Of a stretch of DNA of 64,000 nt, positions 41,240 to 54,265 are shown piece after piece (the stretch's first letter is position 1; the number at the start of each line of letters is the position of its first letter). The notes under the pieces are model-generated. The model saw nothing but the letters and a program-made list of their open reading frames with translations. It was not told the DNA's origin and did not search any database. The position numbers and the translations under genes are program-made. Source of the DNA: an uncultured delta proteobacterium (GTDB taxonomy: Bacteria > Myxococcota_A > Polyangia > Fen-1088); the NCBI GenBank assembly GCA_963767925.1, contig CAVYGB010000008.1:2848001-2912000 (forward strand), written 5' to 3'.

Positions 41240-42474
41240 CAGTCCTGATCGCTCTGCACGCCCTCGGGGAGCTCGAGGTTGAGGACGCTGACGAACTCGG
41301 TCTTCATGAGGGTCACGAGCTGCCGCAGCTCCTCGTAGACCGCCATCACCGCCGGCCGGTTGCTCACCAGGGCGTCCTTGAAGTCCCCCCCGGGGATGGC
41401 GGCCAGCGCGGCCCGGAGGGGCGCCAGGCGCTCGCGCATGCGGGTGGCGAGATCGCCCGCCCCCGAGGCCGAGAGCAGGTCGTCGAAGCCGAGGTCCCCG
41501 CCCGAGGGACAGCCGAAGGCCAGCTTCTCGAAGCCGTCGACGTTGCGCGCGAGGTGATCCTTGGAGCGCAGGGCGAAGCGGGACTCGAGCTGATCGAGGC
41601 AGGGCGGCGTCGCGCACTCGCGCAGGCCGAGGGGGCGCCCCAGCTTGACGTCTTTGCCCGGGTTCTCGATGTAAAACAGGGCGTGGCTCATGGCATTGAG
41701 CGCCTGCTGGGTCGAGGTGAACACCATGCTGCCCGCGCCGGCGCTCTTTACCTCGGCGAGGAAGTTGCGCCTGGCCGGGTCCCAGGCGTCGACCAGATCG
41801 CGACCCCGCTTTGCGATGTCGGCGGCCACCACCGCGGCGTAGGCCCGCTTGCGCAGCGCCAGGTCGTCGGCGGTGAGGGCCGCCCAGGCCCCGGTCGTGT
41901 TGAGGGTGGCGGAGGGCAGGCAGTGGTTGGCGCTGCCCTCGTAAAACAGGAGGTATTCCAGGGCCCCCAGCCCGCGCACGTTGACCAGGCTGCGGGTGGC
42001 GAAGTCGCCCTCCTTGAACCGCTGGCTCACGATCTCCTGTTCGACGAAACAGGGCGCGACGAAGGGCCAGGCGTACATGTTGTCGCGGATGTCCTCGGCG
42101 CCCGGTGAGGTGGTGCGGGCCGCCAGGGGACCGTACTGGAACATCTCCGCCTCCTCCCAGGCGGCCATCGCCGCCACCCAGGCCGCGCGGGCCGCCGTCC
42201 AGCGCTCGGCCGCTCCGTCGGCGGCCAGCATGGCGGTGGCCTCGACGAGCCCGTCGGCCGCCGGCAAGAAGGCCCGATAGACCTCGAGGGTGCAGGTGCC
42301 CAGCCCGGACAGCACCGCGCTGCGGGTCATGCCGGGCGAGGTGCCGCCGTCGCCGCTCTCGGCGTCGACCGACGCGTCGGCGGGCCCCGCCTCGCTGCCG
42401 CCCCCGCAGTTTCCAGCCAGGCCGGCCCCGGCCGTGATGGCAAAACAGACGAGCAGAGAACCGAGTCTTGGCAT
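41239..42474 (-). CDS. Imelysin-like lipoprotein (non-His type)
   Basis: Signal plus Cys, AARAAW, YAWP, VRGLGALEYLLF, KLGRPLG, ESRFA, C-terminal QSDQD. Confidence 0.85.
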   Translation of the reverse strand: MPRLGSLLVCFAITAGAGLAGNCGGGSEAGPADASVDAESGDGGTSPGMTRSAVLSGLGTCTLEVYRAFLPAADGLVEATAMLAADGAAERWTAARAAWVAAMAAWEEAEMFQYGPLAARTTSPGAEDIRDNMYAWPFVAPCFVEQEIVSQRFKEGDFATRSLVNVRGLGALEYLLFYEGSANHCLPSATLNTTGAWAALTADDLALRKRAYAAVVAADIAKRGRDLVDAWDPARRNFLAEVKSAGAGSMVFTSTQQALNAMSHALFYIENPGKDVKLGRPLGLRECATPPCLDQLESRFALRSKDHLARNVDGFEKLAFGCPSGGDLGFDDLLSASGAGDLATRMRERLAPLRAALAAIPGGDFKDALVSNRPAVMAVYEELRQLVTLMKTEFVSVLNLELPEGVQSDQD

Positions 42475-42487
42475 CGCGGAGCCTCCC

Positions 42488-43654
42488 CTAAAAAGCGATC
42501 TTGAACGCATCCACCTCGGCGGCGGTCCAGCCGTAGACCGCCTGGACGCGGGCGATCACCTCGTCCAGCCGGGACACCTCGTTCGCGGTGTCGAGGGCGT
42601 ACCGGTACAGCGTGACGGGCCCCGCGGGCGGGATCCCGAGCACCGTGAGAAGCTCGTCGATCTGAACGTCGGTGATGGTCCGGTTCGCCCCCGGCATCAT
42701 CCGGAAGCCGTAGGCGAAGCCGAGCCCCTCGCCGAGGCTGTGCAGGGCCCCCGCCACGTTGGCCTGCCCGAACCGGGTGCGGGCGTCGTTGGCGTAATAG
42801 AGGGTCGTCGCCAGCAGCGCCCGCTCCCAGTCGGCGCGGATGGCGCCCAGGGCCTCCTGCAGCTCGGCCGCGCAGCCGGCTCCCGCCCTGGCCGCCGCGC
42901 GGGCCCGGATCAGGTTGCCCTTGATGCGCGGGTAGATGCCGGGGGTGGCCGCCCGGGGGTCGCTGCGGCGGCGGGCGTAGACCGCCGACCAGGTGTCGGC
43001 GCTGCCCGCCCCGGCGTCCCCCGTGCCGAAGCTGGGGTGGCCGCCGTAGAGGGCGAGGATGCGATCGACGGTCGCCGCCGTCACCGTCCCGCCCATCAGG
43101 CTCACGGCCCGGTTGTAGAACGACGCCACGAACATGCCCTTGTCGATGGCCTGGCGGATGTCGAGGCCCTCGGGCGAGAAGATGTCCACGCCCAGCTTGC
43201 CGCCGGTGGCCGGCGGGGGATCGGCCGGGGCCCAGGCGTTGCCCGCCGAGGCCTCGAACAGCGCGAGCCACTCGTCGACCTTGCCGGCGAAATATGGGGT
43301 CGTGATCGAGCGCAGCGAGGGCGGGCCCTGGTCGAAGCGGGCGCGCAGCTCGGCGACTGTCGGCTTGAGGGTCGTGTCGTTGCCGGCGTTGCGCATCGGC
43401 ATCATGAACGACTCGTGGGCCGCGCGCAGGCCGAGCTCGACGATGGCGTTGCTCTCGTAGTCGGCCCCGTCGTAGCGGTCCGGATCAGCGGGCGCGCAGG
43501 CGCTGACCGGTCCCTCGGAGCCCACCCCGGCGTCCTCGCGAACCGCGCCGGCGTCTTCGCGAACCGCGGGGGGAGCGCCCGGGCCCGCCTCGTCGCAGGC
43601 CCACGAAACAGGGGCGGCCAGGGCAAGGGCCAGGATCGCCAGGTACTGCCTCAT
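42488..43654 (-). CDS. DUF4856-like lipoprotein
   Basis: SWAC lipobox-like; GLDIRQAIDKG....FY and HSLGEGLGF resemble DUF4856; context imelysin-HTTM-receptor. Confidence 0.65.
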   Translation of the reverse strand: MRQYLAILALALAAPVSWACDEAGPGAPPAVREDAGAVREDAGVGSEGPVSACAPADPDRYDGADYESNAIVELGLRAAHESFMMPMRNAGNDTTLKPTVAELRARFDQGPPSLRSITTPYFAGKVDEWLALFEASAGNAWAPADPPPATGGKLGVDIFSPEGLDIRQAIDKGMFVASFYNRAVSLMGGTVTAATVDRILALYGGHPSFGTGDAGAGSADTWSAVYARRRSDPRAATPGIYPRIKGNLIRARAAARAGAGCAAELQEALGAIRADWERALLATTLYYANDARTRFGQANVAGALHSLGEGLGFAYGFRMMPGANRTITDVQIDELLTVLGIPPAGPVTLYRYALDTANEVSRLDEVIARVQAVYGWTAAEVDAFKIAF

Positions 43655-43702
43655 CTTGCGGGGACGTCTCCTCGAGCTTGCGGCTTTCCTAGCAGATGCC
43701 AA

Positions 43703-43729
43703 TGAAAATGAGAACGAAAATCACTTTGG
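43703..43729 (-). promoter_or_regulatory. Fur-type box for operon B
   Basis: Plus-strand TGAAAATGAGAACGAAAATCACTTT, AT-rich hexamer array about 50 bp upstream of ATG 43654. Confidence 0.65.
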
Positions 43730-43801
43730 AGGGCGGCCGGTCCGGGTCCGCGATCCAGGTCGCGCCGGCGGCCTGAGCGCGCGACGGGCCAGGCCGCGGC
43801 G

Positions 43802-44626
43802 TCACTCCAGACGGTAGGCCAGCGGCACGTCGACGGCGATCGCGCCGCCGAGCTCGGCGGGCGGCGGCGGGAACGGGGCGGAGGCCAGCAGCGTGCGGGA
43901 GGCGGCCTCGCACAGGACGGTGTGCTCGCAGGATCCGACGAGGCGCAGCTCGAGCAGCTTGCCGCTGCCGTCGATCGCCACGCGCATCACCACCACGCCT
44001 TCGATCCCTTCGCGCTCGGCTTCGGGCGGGTAGCGGAAGCGGGCGGCGATGCGGCTGCGGAACAGCTCGCGCAGGTAGCGCTCGAGCAGTGAGCGGCGCT
44101 GGCTCGGATCGGGCGGTGGCAACGTGCCGCCGACCTGTCCGCCCACCACGCCGCCGGCGACTCCCTGGTCGACCCCCTGCTCCTGCTGATCCTCTTGCGG
44201 CGGTTGCTCCTCGGGGGCGGGCGCCGCGGCCTGCGGCGTCGGCTCCACCCGGGGCTGGACCAGCTCGGGGGTCGGGGTGGGCCGGGGACGGGGCCGCTTC
44301 GGCACGGCCGCCCGCGCGGGAGGAGGAGGAGGCGGCGGAGGCGCCAGCGGGGTGGTCAGGAAGGTCACCGAGACCGAGGGCGCCGTGAGCTCGTCGACCT
44401 GCCAGAACGAGAGGCAGACGCCGGCCGCGACTACCAGCCCGTGGGCCGCCAGGGAGACCGCGATCATGCGGGTGCGGGCGCGCCCCGCGGGGCGCGCGTC
44501 GCGCCCCTGGGCGAGGAACGCCCCGAAGCAGGCCGGCCCGGCGGACGGTGGCGCGAGAGTCGCGGCGGCGGGAGCCGGGAGCGAGGCCGGCTCGGGGGCC
44601 CCGGGAGATGCGGTCGTGGCGGGCAC
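43802..44626 (-). CDS. tonB: TonB energy transducer (second copy); start uncertain
   Basis: SLAAHG TM, poly-Pro linker, GGVVGG, RYPPEAEREGIEG, APFPPPP. Confidence 0.82.
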   Translation of the reverse strand: MPATTASPGAPEPASLPAPAAATLAPPSAGPACFGAFLAQGRDARPAGRARTRMIAVSLAAHGLVVAAGVCLSFWQVDELTAPSVSVTFLTTPLAPPPPPPPPARAAVPKRPRPRPTPTPELVQPRVEPTPQAAAPAPEEQPPQEDQQEQGVDQGVAGGVVGGQVGGTLPPPDPSQRRSLLERYLRELFRSRIAARFRYPPEAEREGIEGVVVMRVAIDGSGKLLELRLVGSCEHTVLCEAASRTLLASAPFPPPPAELGGAIAVDVPLAYRLE

Positions 44627-44839
44627 CAGGATCGGATGATAACGGATGTGACGTGCAGTTTCACCTCTGACCGGGCGCCCCACCTCGCCCGCTGGCATAC
44701 CGCGGCAAGGCACCGATCTTGCGCCTCGCCGGCCCGCGCCGCCCGCCGGTGGCAGCCGCCGCCCGTGCCGGAACGGCAGGTCCGCCGCGCTCCGGGACCC
44801 GCACCGAGAACACCGAGCGCTGGGGTAGGATCCGGTCGT

Positions 44840-45328
44840 ATGGCCGGCAAAGCCAGCGCCCGATCGAAGGCGCCCAGCGCAGGGTATTCGGGCACGCCCT
44901 TGCCGAAGAAGCTGGGGATCAAGGAGGGCCACCAGGTCGCGATCCTCGGCGCCCCCGCCGAGCTCCCCGAGGGCCTCACCCCGTTGCCCGACGGCGTGAA
45001 GCTCACCCGCCGCCTGCCGCCTGCGCCCCGCGCACGCAGCGGCGCCGGGCTCGACGTCACCGGCCTCGACGTCATTGTCCTCTTCGCGCGCCACCTGGCC
45101 GATCTCCCCGCGGCCTTCCGCGCCGCCACCCGCCAGCTCGACCCCGCGGGCGGCCTCTGGGTGGCCTGGCCCAAGAGGGCCTCCGGAGTCGCCACCGACA
45201 TCACCGAGGACCGCGTCCGCGAGGTCGCCCTCGCCGCCGGTCTGGTCGACAACAAGGTCTGTGCGATCGACGGCGTGTGGTCCGGGCTGCGCTGCGTGTA
45301 CCGGCTGAAGGATCGTCCGCAGCGCTAG
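44840..45328 (+). CDS. DUF3052 family protein
   Basis: AGYSGTPL.KKLGIK, LWVAWPK.ASGV.TD, GLVDNKVCAID..WSGL. Confidence 0.85.
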   Translation: MAGKASARSKAPSAGYSGTPLPKKLGIKEGHQVAILGAPAELPEGLTPLPDGVKLTRRLPPAPRARSGAGLDVTGLDVIVLFARHLADLPAAFRAATRQLDPAGGLWVAWPKRASGVATDITEDRVREVALAAGLVDNKVCAIDGVWSGLRCVYRLKDRPQR

Positions 45329-45365
45329 CAGGGACGGGGACGCGTACGGACGGGTTCAGGGGTCG

Positions 45366-46147
45366 TTATTCGTCGGCGATGACCGGGCTGCGCAGGAGGC
45401 CTACCCCTTCGAGCTCGACCTCTACGGTGTCGCCGGGGCGGAGGGCGCGGGTCTGGCCGGGGGTGCCGGTGTAGACCAGATCGCCAGGGGCCAGGGTGCA
45501 GAAGCGGCTGACGAAGCTCACGACCGTGGCGCAATCGAACAGCAGATCGGAGGTGGTCTGCTGCTGCACCACTTCGCCGTTGACCCGCGTGGTCAGCGGC
45601 AGCCGATCCGGGTCGAGGCCGGTGGCGACGATCGGGCCGCAGGGGGCGAAGGTGTCCGAGCCCTTGGCCCGCCACCACTGCAGGTCCTTCTTGGGACCCG
45701 CTTGCCACTGCCGCTCGCTGACGTCGTTGCCGCAGGTCACGCCGAAGATGGCCGCCCGCGCCTGCTCGGGCGACAGGTGCTTGCCGGCCTGTCCGATCAC
45801 CAGCACCAGCTCGCCCTCGAAGTGCACGTCGGTCGAGTCGCGGGGCAGCCGGATCGGATCGCCCGGGTTCTGCAGCGACGAGAGCGGTTTCCAGAAGATC
45901 TCCGGCTGCTCGGGCGCGGGCCGGGTGCCGAGGTGGCTGCGGTAGTTGCGCCCCACCGCGAAGATCTTCTGGGGCTCGGTCGGAAACAGCAGCTTCACCT
46001 CGCCGAGGGCAATGCGGGCCCCCGCCTCGACGCCGTCCAGGTAAGGGGCGGCGGTCAGCTCGTGGATGGTGTCGCCCTCGAGCCGCCCGTGGCGGGCCCG
46101 GCCCCCCTGGGCGAACCGAACGAAAAACGCGCTCCGGCTGGATTGGC

Positions 46148-46151
<4 letters not shown>
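45366..46151 (-). CDS. Fumarylacetoacetate hydrolase family protein
   Basis: VGRNY..H, FEGEL, NDVSER, KGSDTF.P.GP, PGDLVYTGTP. Confidence 0.92.
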
Positions 46152-47365
<1,214 letters not shown>

Positions 47366-47402
47366 GGCGAAGCTTTCCTCTTCTAATCCAGCGGCCGGAG
47401 TG

Positions 47403-48062
47403 TCAAGGCGAAAGCGACAAGCCCAGCCCGCCGAGCGCGGCCCGCACCGGCTGCCAGCCCGGATCTCCGGGCATCGCGGCCCGTATCACGCCCGGGGCGG
47501 CCACCACCTGGTTGTCGATGACCAGCCGCGCGCGGTCACGCGGGCGGCACTCCGCCAGGTAACGCTCGTGGGCGGGTAGATAGCGCCGCTGGATGCGACG
47601 CTCGATCTCCGCCTGTGTCCGCCCCTTGCCGAGGTCGCGCGCCACGACGCGACGCCAGGCCTCCTCACGCGGGATGTCCAGGTAGATCGAAAGCGCCCCC
47701 TCCGCGCCCGCCAGCCGGGCCACGAACACCCCCTCGACGATGGCCACCGAGGCCTGCCCGAAGGCAAGGGGCGTCTCGTCGCCGAGGGCCTCGCTCTCGC
47801 CGGCCAGCGTCCGGTAGCGGCAGCCAGGCGCGCCCGCCTGGAACTCGGCCAGGCAGCGATCGAGCTCGGCGAGGTCGTAGCGCGCGTCGTAGTAGAGGTC
47901 GAGCTCGCTCCGATCCGCGCGGGTCCAGTCGACCGGCCGGCGAAAGTCGTCGACCGCGAAGCGCACCGCCTGGCCGCCGAGCGCTTCGGCCAGCCGCCGG
48001 GCCAGCACCGACTTGCCGCTGCCGTCGAGGCCGTCGACCGTGACGATGCGGCGCCCGCTCAC
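47403..48062 (-). CDS. Uridine kinase-like P-loop protein
   Basis: VDGLDGSGKS Walker A, VDDF, IVEGVF, RY; GTG overlaps the cysQ stop. Confidence 0.75.
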   Translation of the reverse strand: MSGRRIVTVDGLDGSGKSVLARRLAEALGGQAVRFAVDDFRRPVDWTRADRSELDLYYDARYDLAELDRCLAEFQAGAPGCRYRTLAGESEALGDETPLAFGQASVAIVEGVFVARLAGAEGALSIYLDIPREEAWRRVVARDLGKGRTQAEIERRIQRRYLPAHERYLAECRPRDRARLVIDNQVVAAPGVIRAAMPGDPGWQPVRAALGGLGLSLSP

Positions 48063-48916
48063 CGGAACAGGACCGCCAGCCGGGCCAGCAGATCGCCGTG
48101 GCAGGCGCCGTTGCTCGACACGACGCCCCGGGGGCGCCCGACGTCGGGCTGGTTGTAGCGCAGGCGGGCCCCGTCGGCGTCGCTGACCCGCCCGCCGGCC
48201 TCGTGGATGATCAGCTCGGGAGCGCAGCTGTCCCATTCCTTCTCGCCGAAGGTGGCGGTCACGACAGCGTCGAGATCGCCCCGGGCCAGCGCCGTGTATT
48301 TGATGGAGGCGCCCGAGCGCAACACGCCCGCCTCGAGCCCCTCGCGGGCCAGCCAGGCCAGCAGCGCGGGCGGCGCGAGGTGCCGGCTGATCCCGATCCG
48401 GAACTCCTCGATGCGCGTCCGCTGCGAGGTGCGCAGGCGCTGGACGCCGTCGCGCCCCTCCCGGAAGGCCCCCTGCCCCAGCACCGCCCGGTAGAGTGTG
48501 TCCTGCACCGGGTGGTACACGACCGCCACCGTGGGCAGGCCCTCGATGGCCAGGGCCACGTGCACCGCGAAGTCGTCGGTGCGCGCGAGGAACCCGCGGG
48601 TGCCGTCGAGGGGATCGATGATCCAGACCCGGCGGGCGGTGAGGCGGGCGGAGTCGTCGGCGCTCTCCTCGCTCAACCAGGCATCGTCGGGGAAGGCCCC
48701 CCGGATGGTGGTCTCGATGGCGGCATTGGCCGCCAGGTCGGCCTGGCTGACGGGAGACCCGTCGGCCTTCGTCTCGACGCTCGGCCCCTGGGCCGCCCGG
48801 TAATGGTGGAGCAGGACCTCGCCCGCGCGGCGGGCGGCCTCCTCGGCGGCGGTGAGCTCGCGCTGGAAAGCGTGGATGGGGGAATCAGCGGACACGGAAG
48901 CCCGCGATGTTATCAC
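48059..48916 (-). CDS. cysQ: CysQ / inositol monophosphatase family nucleotidase
   Basis: KADGSPV..AD, LSEE, WIIDPLDGT, EWDSCA. Confidence 0.85.
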   Translation of the reverse strand: MITSRASVSADSPIHAFQRELTAAEEAARRAGEVLLHHYRAAQGPSVETKADGSPVSQADLAANAAIETTIRGAFPDDAWLSEESADDSARLTARRVWIIDPLDGTRGFLARTDDFAVHVALAIEGLPTVAVVYHPVQDTLYRAVLGQGAFREGRDGVQRLRTSQRTRIEEFRIGISRHLAPPALLAWLAREGLEAGVLRSGASIKYTALARGDLDAVVTATFGEKEWDSCAPELIIHEAGGRVSDADGARLRYNQPDVGRPRGVVSSNGACHGDLLARLAVLFR

Positions 48917-48935
48917 GCGGGCGGACGATCCCCGA

Positions 48936-49883
48936 TCAGGGCGTCCAGGGCTCGGCGACGGCGTGGCCGAAGGCCCCGGGGTCGAGGGTCAGGCCGAGGA
49001 CGTGGGCGATGGTGGCGGCGGTGTCCTGGGTGCCGACCTGGGCCTCGAGGGGGCGGCCAGCGCGGATGCCGGGCCCCTTCACGATCCAGGGGATGTGGAC
49101 GTCCTCGGGCAAGCCCGACCAGTGGATGTAGCCCGAGCCGCCGTGGTCGGCCGAGACCAGCACCGTCGCGTCGGGAGGGATCGCGGCCAGCAGGCGCCCC
49201 AGGGCGGCGTCGGTCGCCGCCACCTGGACCAGGTAGGCCGGCGACATCCAGCCCAGGGCGTGCCCGACCATGTCGACCTGGGGCAGGTGCACGAACATCA
49301 GATCGAACCCGGCGGCCAGCTCCTGCACGGCCTCGTCGATCACGTCGGCGTCGCGGTCGGGCGCCCACACGAAGACGTCGAAGTCGTCGGGCGGGGCGAG
49401 CTGGATCATCTTCTCCTTGCCGACCACCAGCACCACCCGCTTGCCCGCGCGCCGGGCCGCCGACATCACGGTGGGGACGGCGATGTAGCCGGGCCGCAGG
49501 TCGTTGTGGAACAGGCCGTGCGACTCGGGGGGAAAGCCCGAGACCATCGAGGCGTGCGAGGGGAGCGTGTAGGAGTGCCCGATGGTGCGCGCCCGCCAGG
49601 AGTAGGCCCCCCGGCAGGCCAGCGCCTGCAGGTTGGAGGCCGGCGCGTAAAACAGGGCGTCGGGCCGCAACCCGTCGACGCTGATGAGCACGACCCGGGC
49701 GCCCGGCTCACCCGGCAGGGGCCCGGCCAGCGGCGCCTCCTCGGTCACGCCCGGGAAGACGTCGCAGCGCGGCGCCACGTCGAAGATGTCCGCGACGGCG
49801 ATCGACGGCGGCCTGCCGTCCCCGCAGGCCGTCCATGCGACCGCGAGCACCAGCAGCCGGCTCGCGACTCCCGCTGTCCGCAC
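48936..49883 (-). CDS. Alkaline phosphatase / nucleotide pyrophosphatase family lipoprotein
   Basis: LISVDGLRPD, TLPSHASM, D..GH, SADHGG. Confidence 0.85.
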   Translation of the reverse strand: MRTAGVASRLLVLAVAWTACGDGRPPSIAVADIFDVAPRCDVFPGVTEEAPLAGPLPGEPGARVVLISVDGLRPDALFYAPASNLQALACRGAYSWRARTIGHSYTLPSHASMVSGFPPESHGLFHNDLRPGYIAVPTVMSAARRAGKRVVLVVGKEKMIQLAPPDDFDVFVWAPDRDADVIDEAVQELAAGFDLMFVHLPQVDMVGHALGWMSPAYLVQVAATDAALGRLLAAIPPDATVLVSADHGGSGYIHWSGLPEDVHIPWIVKGPGIRAGRPLEAQVGTQDTAATIAHVLGLTLDPGAFGHAVAEPWTP

Positions 49884-49907
49884 CGGCTCAGGGTAGCATC
49901 GATGCGC

Positions 49908-51114
<1,207 letters not shown>

Positions 51115-51280
51115 TTCGGCCCGTTTCCTATCGCGAAGGTTCGACGCAAGCAACCGACCCGAAAGGGGGTAGGCTCCTTGTCGCAAGGCTTGGATTCCCG
51201 GCGACACCCCTGGTTACAAGGGTCAGGAAGTGCTGGCGCAGCAGGGCGTCCGTGACTAGACTTCGGCAAAAGGAGCATTG

Positions 51281-51688
51281 ATGTCCACCGCACAGGCCGA
51301 GACCCCCACGACCACCTCTGCTACCCCGGCAGCCTCCCCGCCCGACACCGACCCCGGCTCCAACCCGGTGGCGCTGACCGACAAGGCCGCCGAGAAGGTC
51401 AAGGAGATCCGCTCCGAGGAGAACATCGAGGACACCTACGCTCTGCGGCTGAAGGTCCAGGGTGGTGGCTGCTCGGGCTTCTCCTACGACCTCTACTTCG
51501 ACCAGCAGCAGGACATCGACCACGCCTTCGAGTCCCACGGGATCAAGCTGATCTGCGACCAGATGAGCCTGATGTACCTCATGGGGACCGAGGTCGACTA
51601 CGTCGAGGGCCTGCACGGCGCCGGGTTCAAGTTCATCAACCCGAACGTCAAGTCCACCTGCGGCTGCGGCAGCTCCTTCAGCGTCTGA
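51281..51688 (+). CDS. iscA: A-type Fe-S carrier protein (IscA/ErpA, HesB family)
   Basis: GGGCSGFSY, NPN....CGCGSSF; AAGGAG RBS. Confidence 0.93.
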   Translation: MSTAQAETPTTTSATPAASPPDTDPGSNPVALTDKAAEKVKEIRSEENIEDTYALRLKVQGGGCSGFSYDLYFDQQQDIDHAFESHGIKLICDQMSLMYLMGTEVDYVEGLHGAGFKFINPNVKSTCGCGSSFSV

Positions 51689-51736
51689 GTCGCCTCGAGG
51701 GCTGAACGTTCCCTGCTCGGGGCGCTCCCCCCGACG

Positions 51737-52093
51737 TCAGGGCACGTCCACGCCCTCGTCCTTTTTCAGGCGCACGATCTTGGTCAGGCACTGCTGCCGG
51801 ATCTGGCCGCGCACGGCCGGGCTGGCATCTTCGATCGAGTCGCGCAGCAGGTCCTGGTAGCCCTTGCACCGGATCGACCCTGGCTCGGCGGCGCAGATGT
51901 AGTCGCGCACCCGCTGGCAGGGGTTGCGGGCGCTGTCGATCGCCTCGAGCACCACCCACACCACGCCGGCGGCCAGGGCCCCCACCGCGATGGCGGCCAG
52001 CGCCCGCCGGCGCTTGCGGTACTGGTAGGGGTCGATCTCCTCGGCCTCCCTGGCGCGGTCGCGTCGCTCGCGCTCGTCCCGGTCCTGGTCCAT
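51737..52093 (-). CDS. Hypothetical single-TM protein with four Cys
   Basis: GGAG RBS, one TM helix, Cys-containing C-terminus, host codon usage. Confidence 0.65.
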   Translation of the reverse strand: MDQDRDERERRDRAREAEEIDPYQYRKRRRALAAIAVGALAAGVVWVVLEAIDSARNPCQRVRDYICAAEPGSIRCKGYQDLLRDSIEDASPAVRGQIRQQCLTKIVRLKKDEGVDVP

Positions 52094-52192
52094 GGGCACG
52101 CTCCCCGGCCCAGTATCGGCGAGGCGCCCCACCCTGTCATCTCCTCGCCGCGCCCGATCGCCCGCCCCCCGCACCCCGTGTTAGAGACGGGG

Positions 52193-52981
52193 ATGCCCAT
52201 GCGCAAGCAGGCACCGCCGGCCACCCGCAGGCGTCCGGCCCAGCCGGCGTCTCGCCGGAGCGCCGGTCCAGACACCCGCCCGGCCACACCGGCCAGCCGC
52301 CGGGCGGTGACGAAAGCGACGCGCCGGCCGATCCGGGCCCGCTGGCCGCCCCAGCCCGATCGGGTGGGCGCCATCCTGGCCGGCCTCGAGCAGCTCTACC
52401 CCGACGTGGACTGCGAGCTGCTCCGGGAGACCCCCTTCCAGCTCCTGTGCGCCACCATCTTGTCGGCCCAGACCACCGACGAGCGGGTCAACCAGGTCAC
52501 CCCGACGCTTTGGAAGACCTTCCCCACCCCCGCCGACCTGGCCGCCGCCGACCTCGCCGTGATCGAGGAGATCATCCGCCCCACCGGCTTCTTCCGGCAG
52601 AAGGCCAGGAGCCTCAAGGGCACCGCCACCCTGATCGTCGAGCGCTTCGGGGGCGAGGTCCCCCGCACCATCGACGAGCTGCTGACCCTGCCCGGCGTGG
52701 CCCGCAAGACCGCCAACGTCGTGCTCGGCACCGCCTTCGACATCGCCGTCGGGGTGGTGGTCGACACCCACGTGCAGCGCCTCGCCCTCCGGCTCGCGCT
52801 CACCCGGCAGGTGGCCCCGCCCAAGATCGAGAGCGAGCTGATGACGGTGATCCCGCAGGAGCGCTGGATCCGCTTCTCCCACCAGCTGATCTGGCACGGC
52901 CGCCGCGTCTGCTTCGCCCGCAAGCCCGACTGCGAGCACTGCCCCCTGGCCCCCCACTGCCCCAGCGCCTTCAAGGAGTGA
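52193..52981 (+). CDS. nth: Endonuclease III
   Basis: LSAQTTD..VN, LPGVARKTAN, VDTHV, C-x6-C-x2-C-x5-C. Confidence 0.95.
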   Translation: MPMRKQAPPATRRRPAQPASRRSAGPDTRPATPASRRAVTKATRRPIRARWPPQPDRVGAILAGLEQLYPDVDCELLRETPFQLLCATILSAQTTDERVNQVTPTLWKTFPTPADLAAADLAVIEEIIRPTGFFRQKARSLKGTATLIVERFGGEVPRTIDELLTLPGVARKTANVVLGTAFDIAVGVVVDTHVQRLALRLALTRQVAPPKIESELMTVIPQERWIRFSHQLIWHGRRVCFARKPDCEHCPLAPHCPSAFKE

Positions 52982-53003
52982 CCCCCCTGGACGCCGCCGT
53001 CCC

Positions 53004-54258
53004 TCAGGCCGAGCGACCCCCGAAGTAGACCTCGTCGTAGGCGCAGGTGGCGTCCTTGTCGGGCGCCTGCGGGTAGTCCACCGCCCGCCCCTCGAAGTTG
53101 CGCAGCAGCCAGCGGTCCTCCCCGCGCTCGAGCACGTAGTCGGGCCCGATGCTCACCTTGCCCATCCCGCCCGGGGTGTCGATCACCAGGTGGGGGATGG
53201 CCAGCCCGGAGATGTGCCCGCGCAGCTTCTCCATGATCTCGATGCCGGTCTCCACCGACGTGCGCAGGTGCCCGGTCCCCGCGGCGACGTCGCCCTGGAA
53301 CAGGTAGTAGGGCCGCACCCGGCAGCGCAGCAGCTCGGTGAACAGGGCTGCGCAGCACCGGCACCGACGAGTTGACGCCCCGCGCAGCAGCACGGTCTGG
53401 TTGCCGAGCGGGATGCCGGCGTCGGCCAGCTTCTCGCAGGCCGCCGGGCCTGCGGCGTCAGCTCCTTGGGGTGGTTGAAGTGGGTGTTGATGAAGAGCGG
53501 GTGGTAGCGGCGCAACATCGCGCACAGCTCGTCGTCGACCCGCATGGGCAGCACCACCGGCACGCGGGTGCCGATGCGGATGATCTCCACGTGGGGGATC
53601 GCGCGCACCGCGGCGAGGATCTCCTCGAGCCGTCGGTCGACAGGGTCAGCGGATCGCCCCCCGAGATCAGCACGTCGCGGATGGCCGGGGTGCGCCGGAT
53701 GTAGTCGATGGCCTGGTCGAGGTCGTCCCGGGAGATCGCGCTCTCCTCCTGGCCGACCAGGCGGCGCCGGTTGCAGTGGCGGCAGTAGATGGCGCAGCGG
53801 TCGAGCGCCAGCAGCAGGCAGCGGTCGGGGTAGCGGTGGAAGATCGCCGCCACCGGCCGGTGGGCGTCTTCGCCCAGCGGATCGAGCAGCTCGCCCGGCT
53901 GGGTCACCAGCTCGCCCGGCCGGGGGATCACCTGCATGCGCACCGGGCAGCTCGGGTGGTCCCGGTCGATCAGCGAGAAGTAGTAGGGCGTGACCGCCAC
54001 CCGGAAGTGCTCGGGCGCCACCTCGAGGCCGGCCCGCTCCTCGGCGGTCAGGGGCAGCAGCTCCTGCCACTGGGCCAGGGTCGAGACCCGGTTGCGGAGC
54101 TGCCAGCGCCAGTCGGGATCGAGCAGGCGGGCGCCGATCGGCTCGGTGGCCGGCCGCACCTCGGGATCCCCCTGCTCCGCCTCGGAGGCCACGGGCAACA
54201 GCGATCGCCGCCGGGTCCCGGGGGCCGGCGCGCCGGGCTCTGGTCGCGATCCGTTCAC
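53004..54258 (-). CDS. kamA: KamA family radical SAM (lysine 2,3-aminomutase-like); several frameshifts
   Basis: [62 protein letters not shown] spread over frames. Confidence 0.88.
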
Positions 54259-54265
54259 GGGTGCT

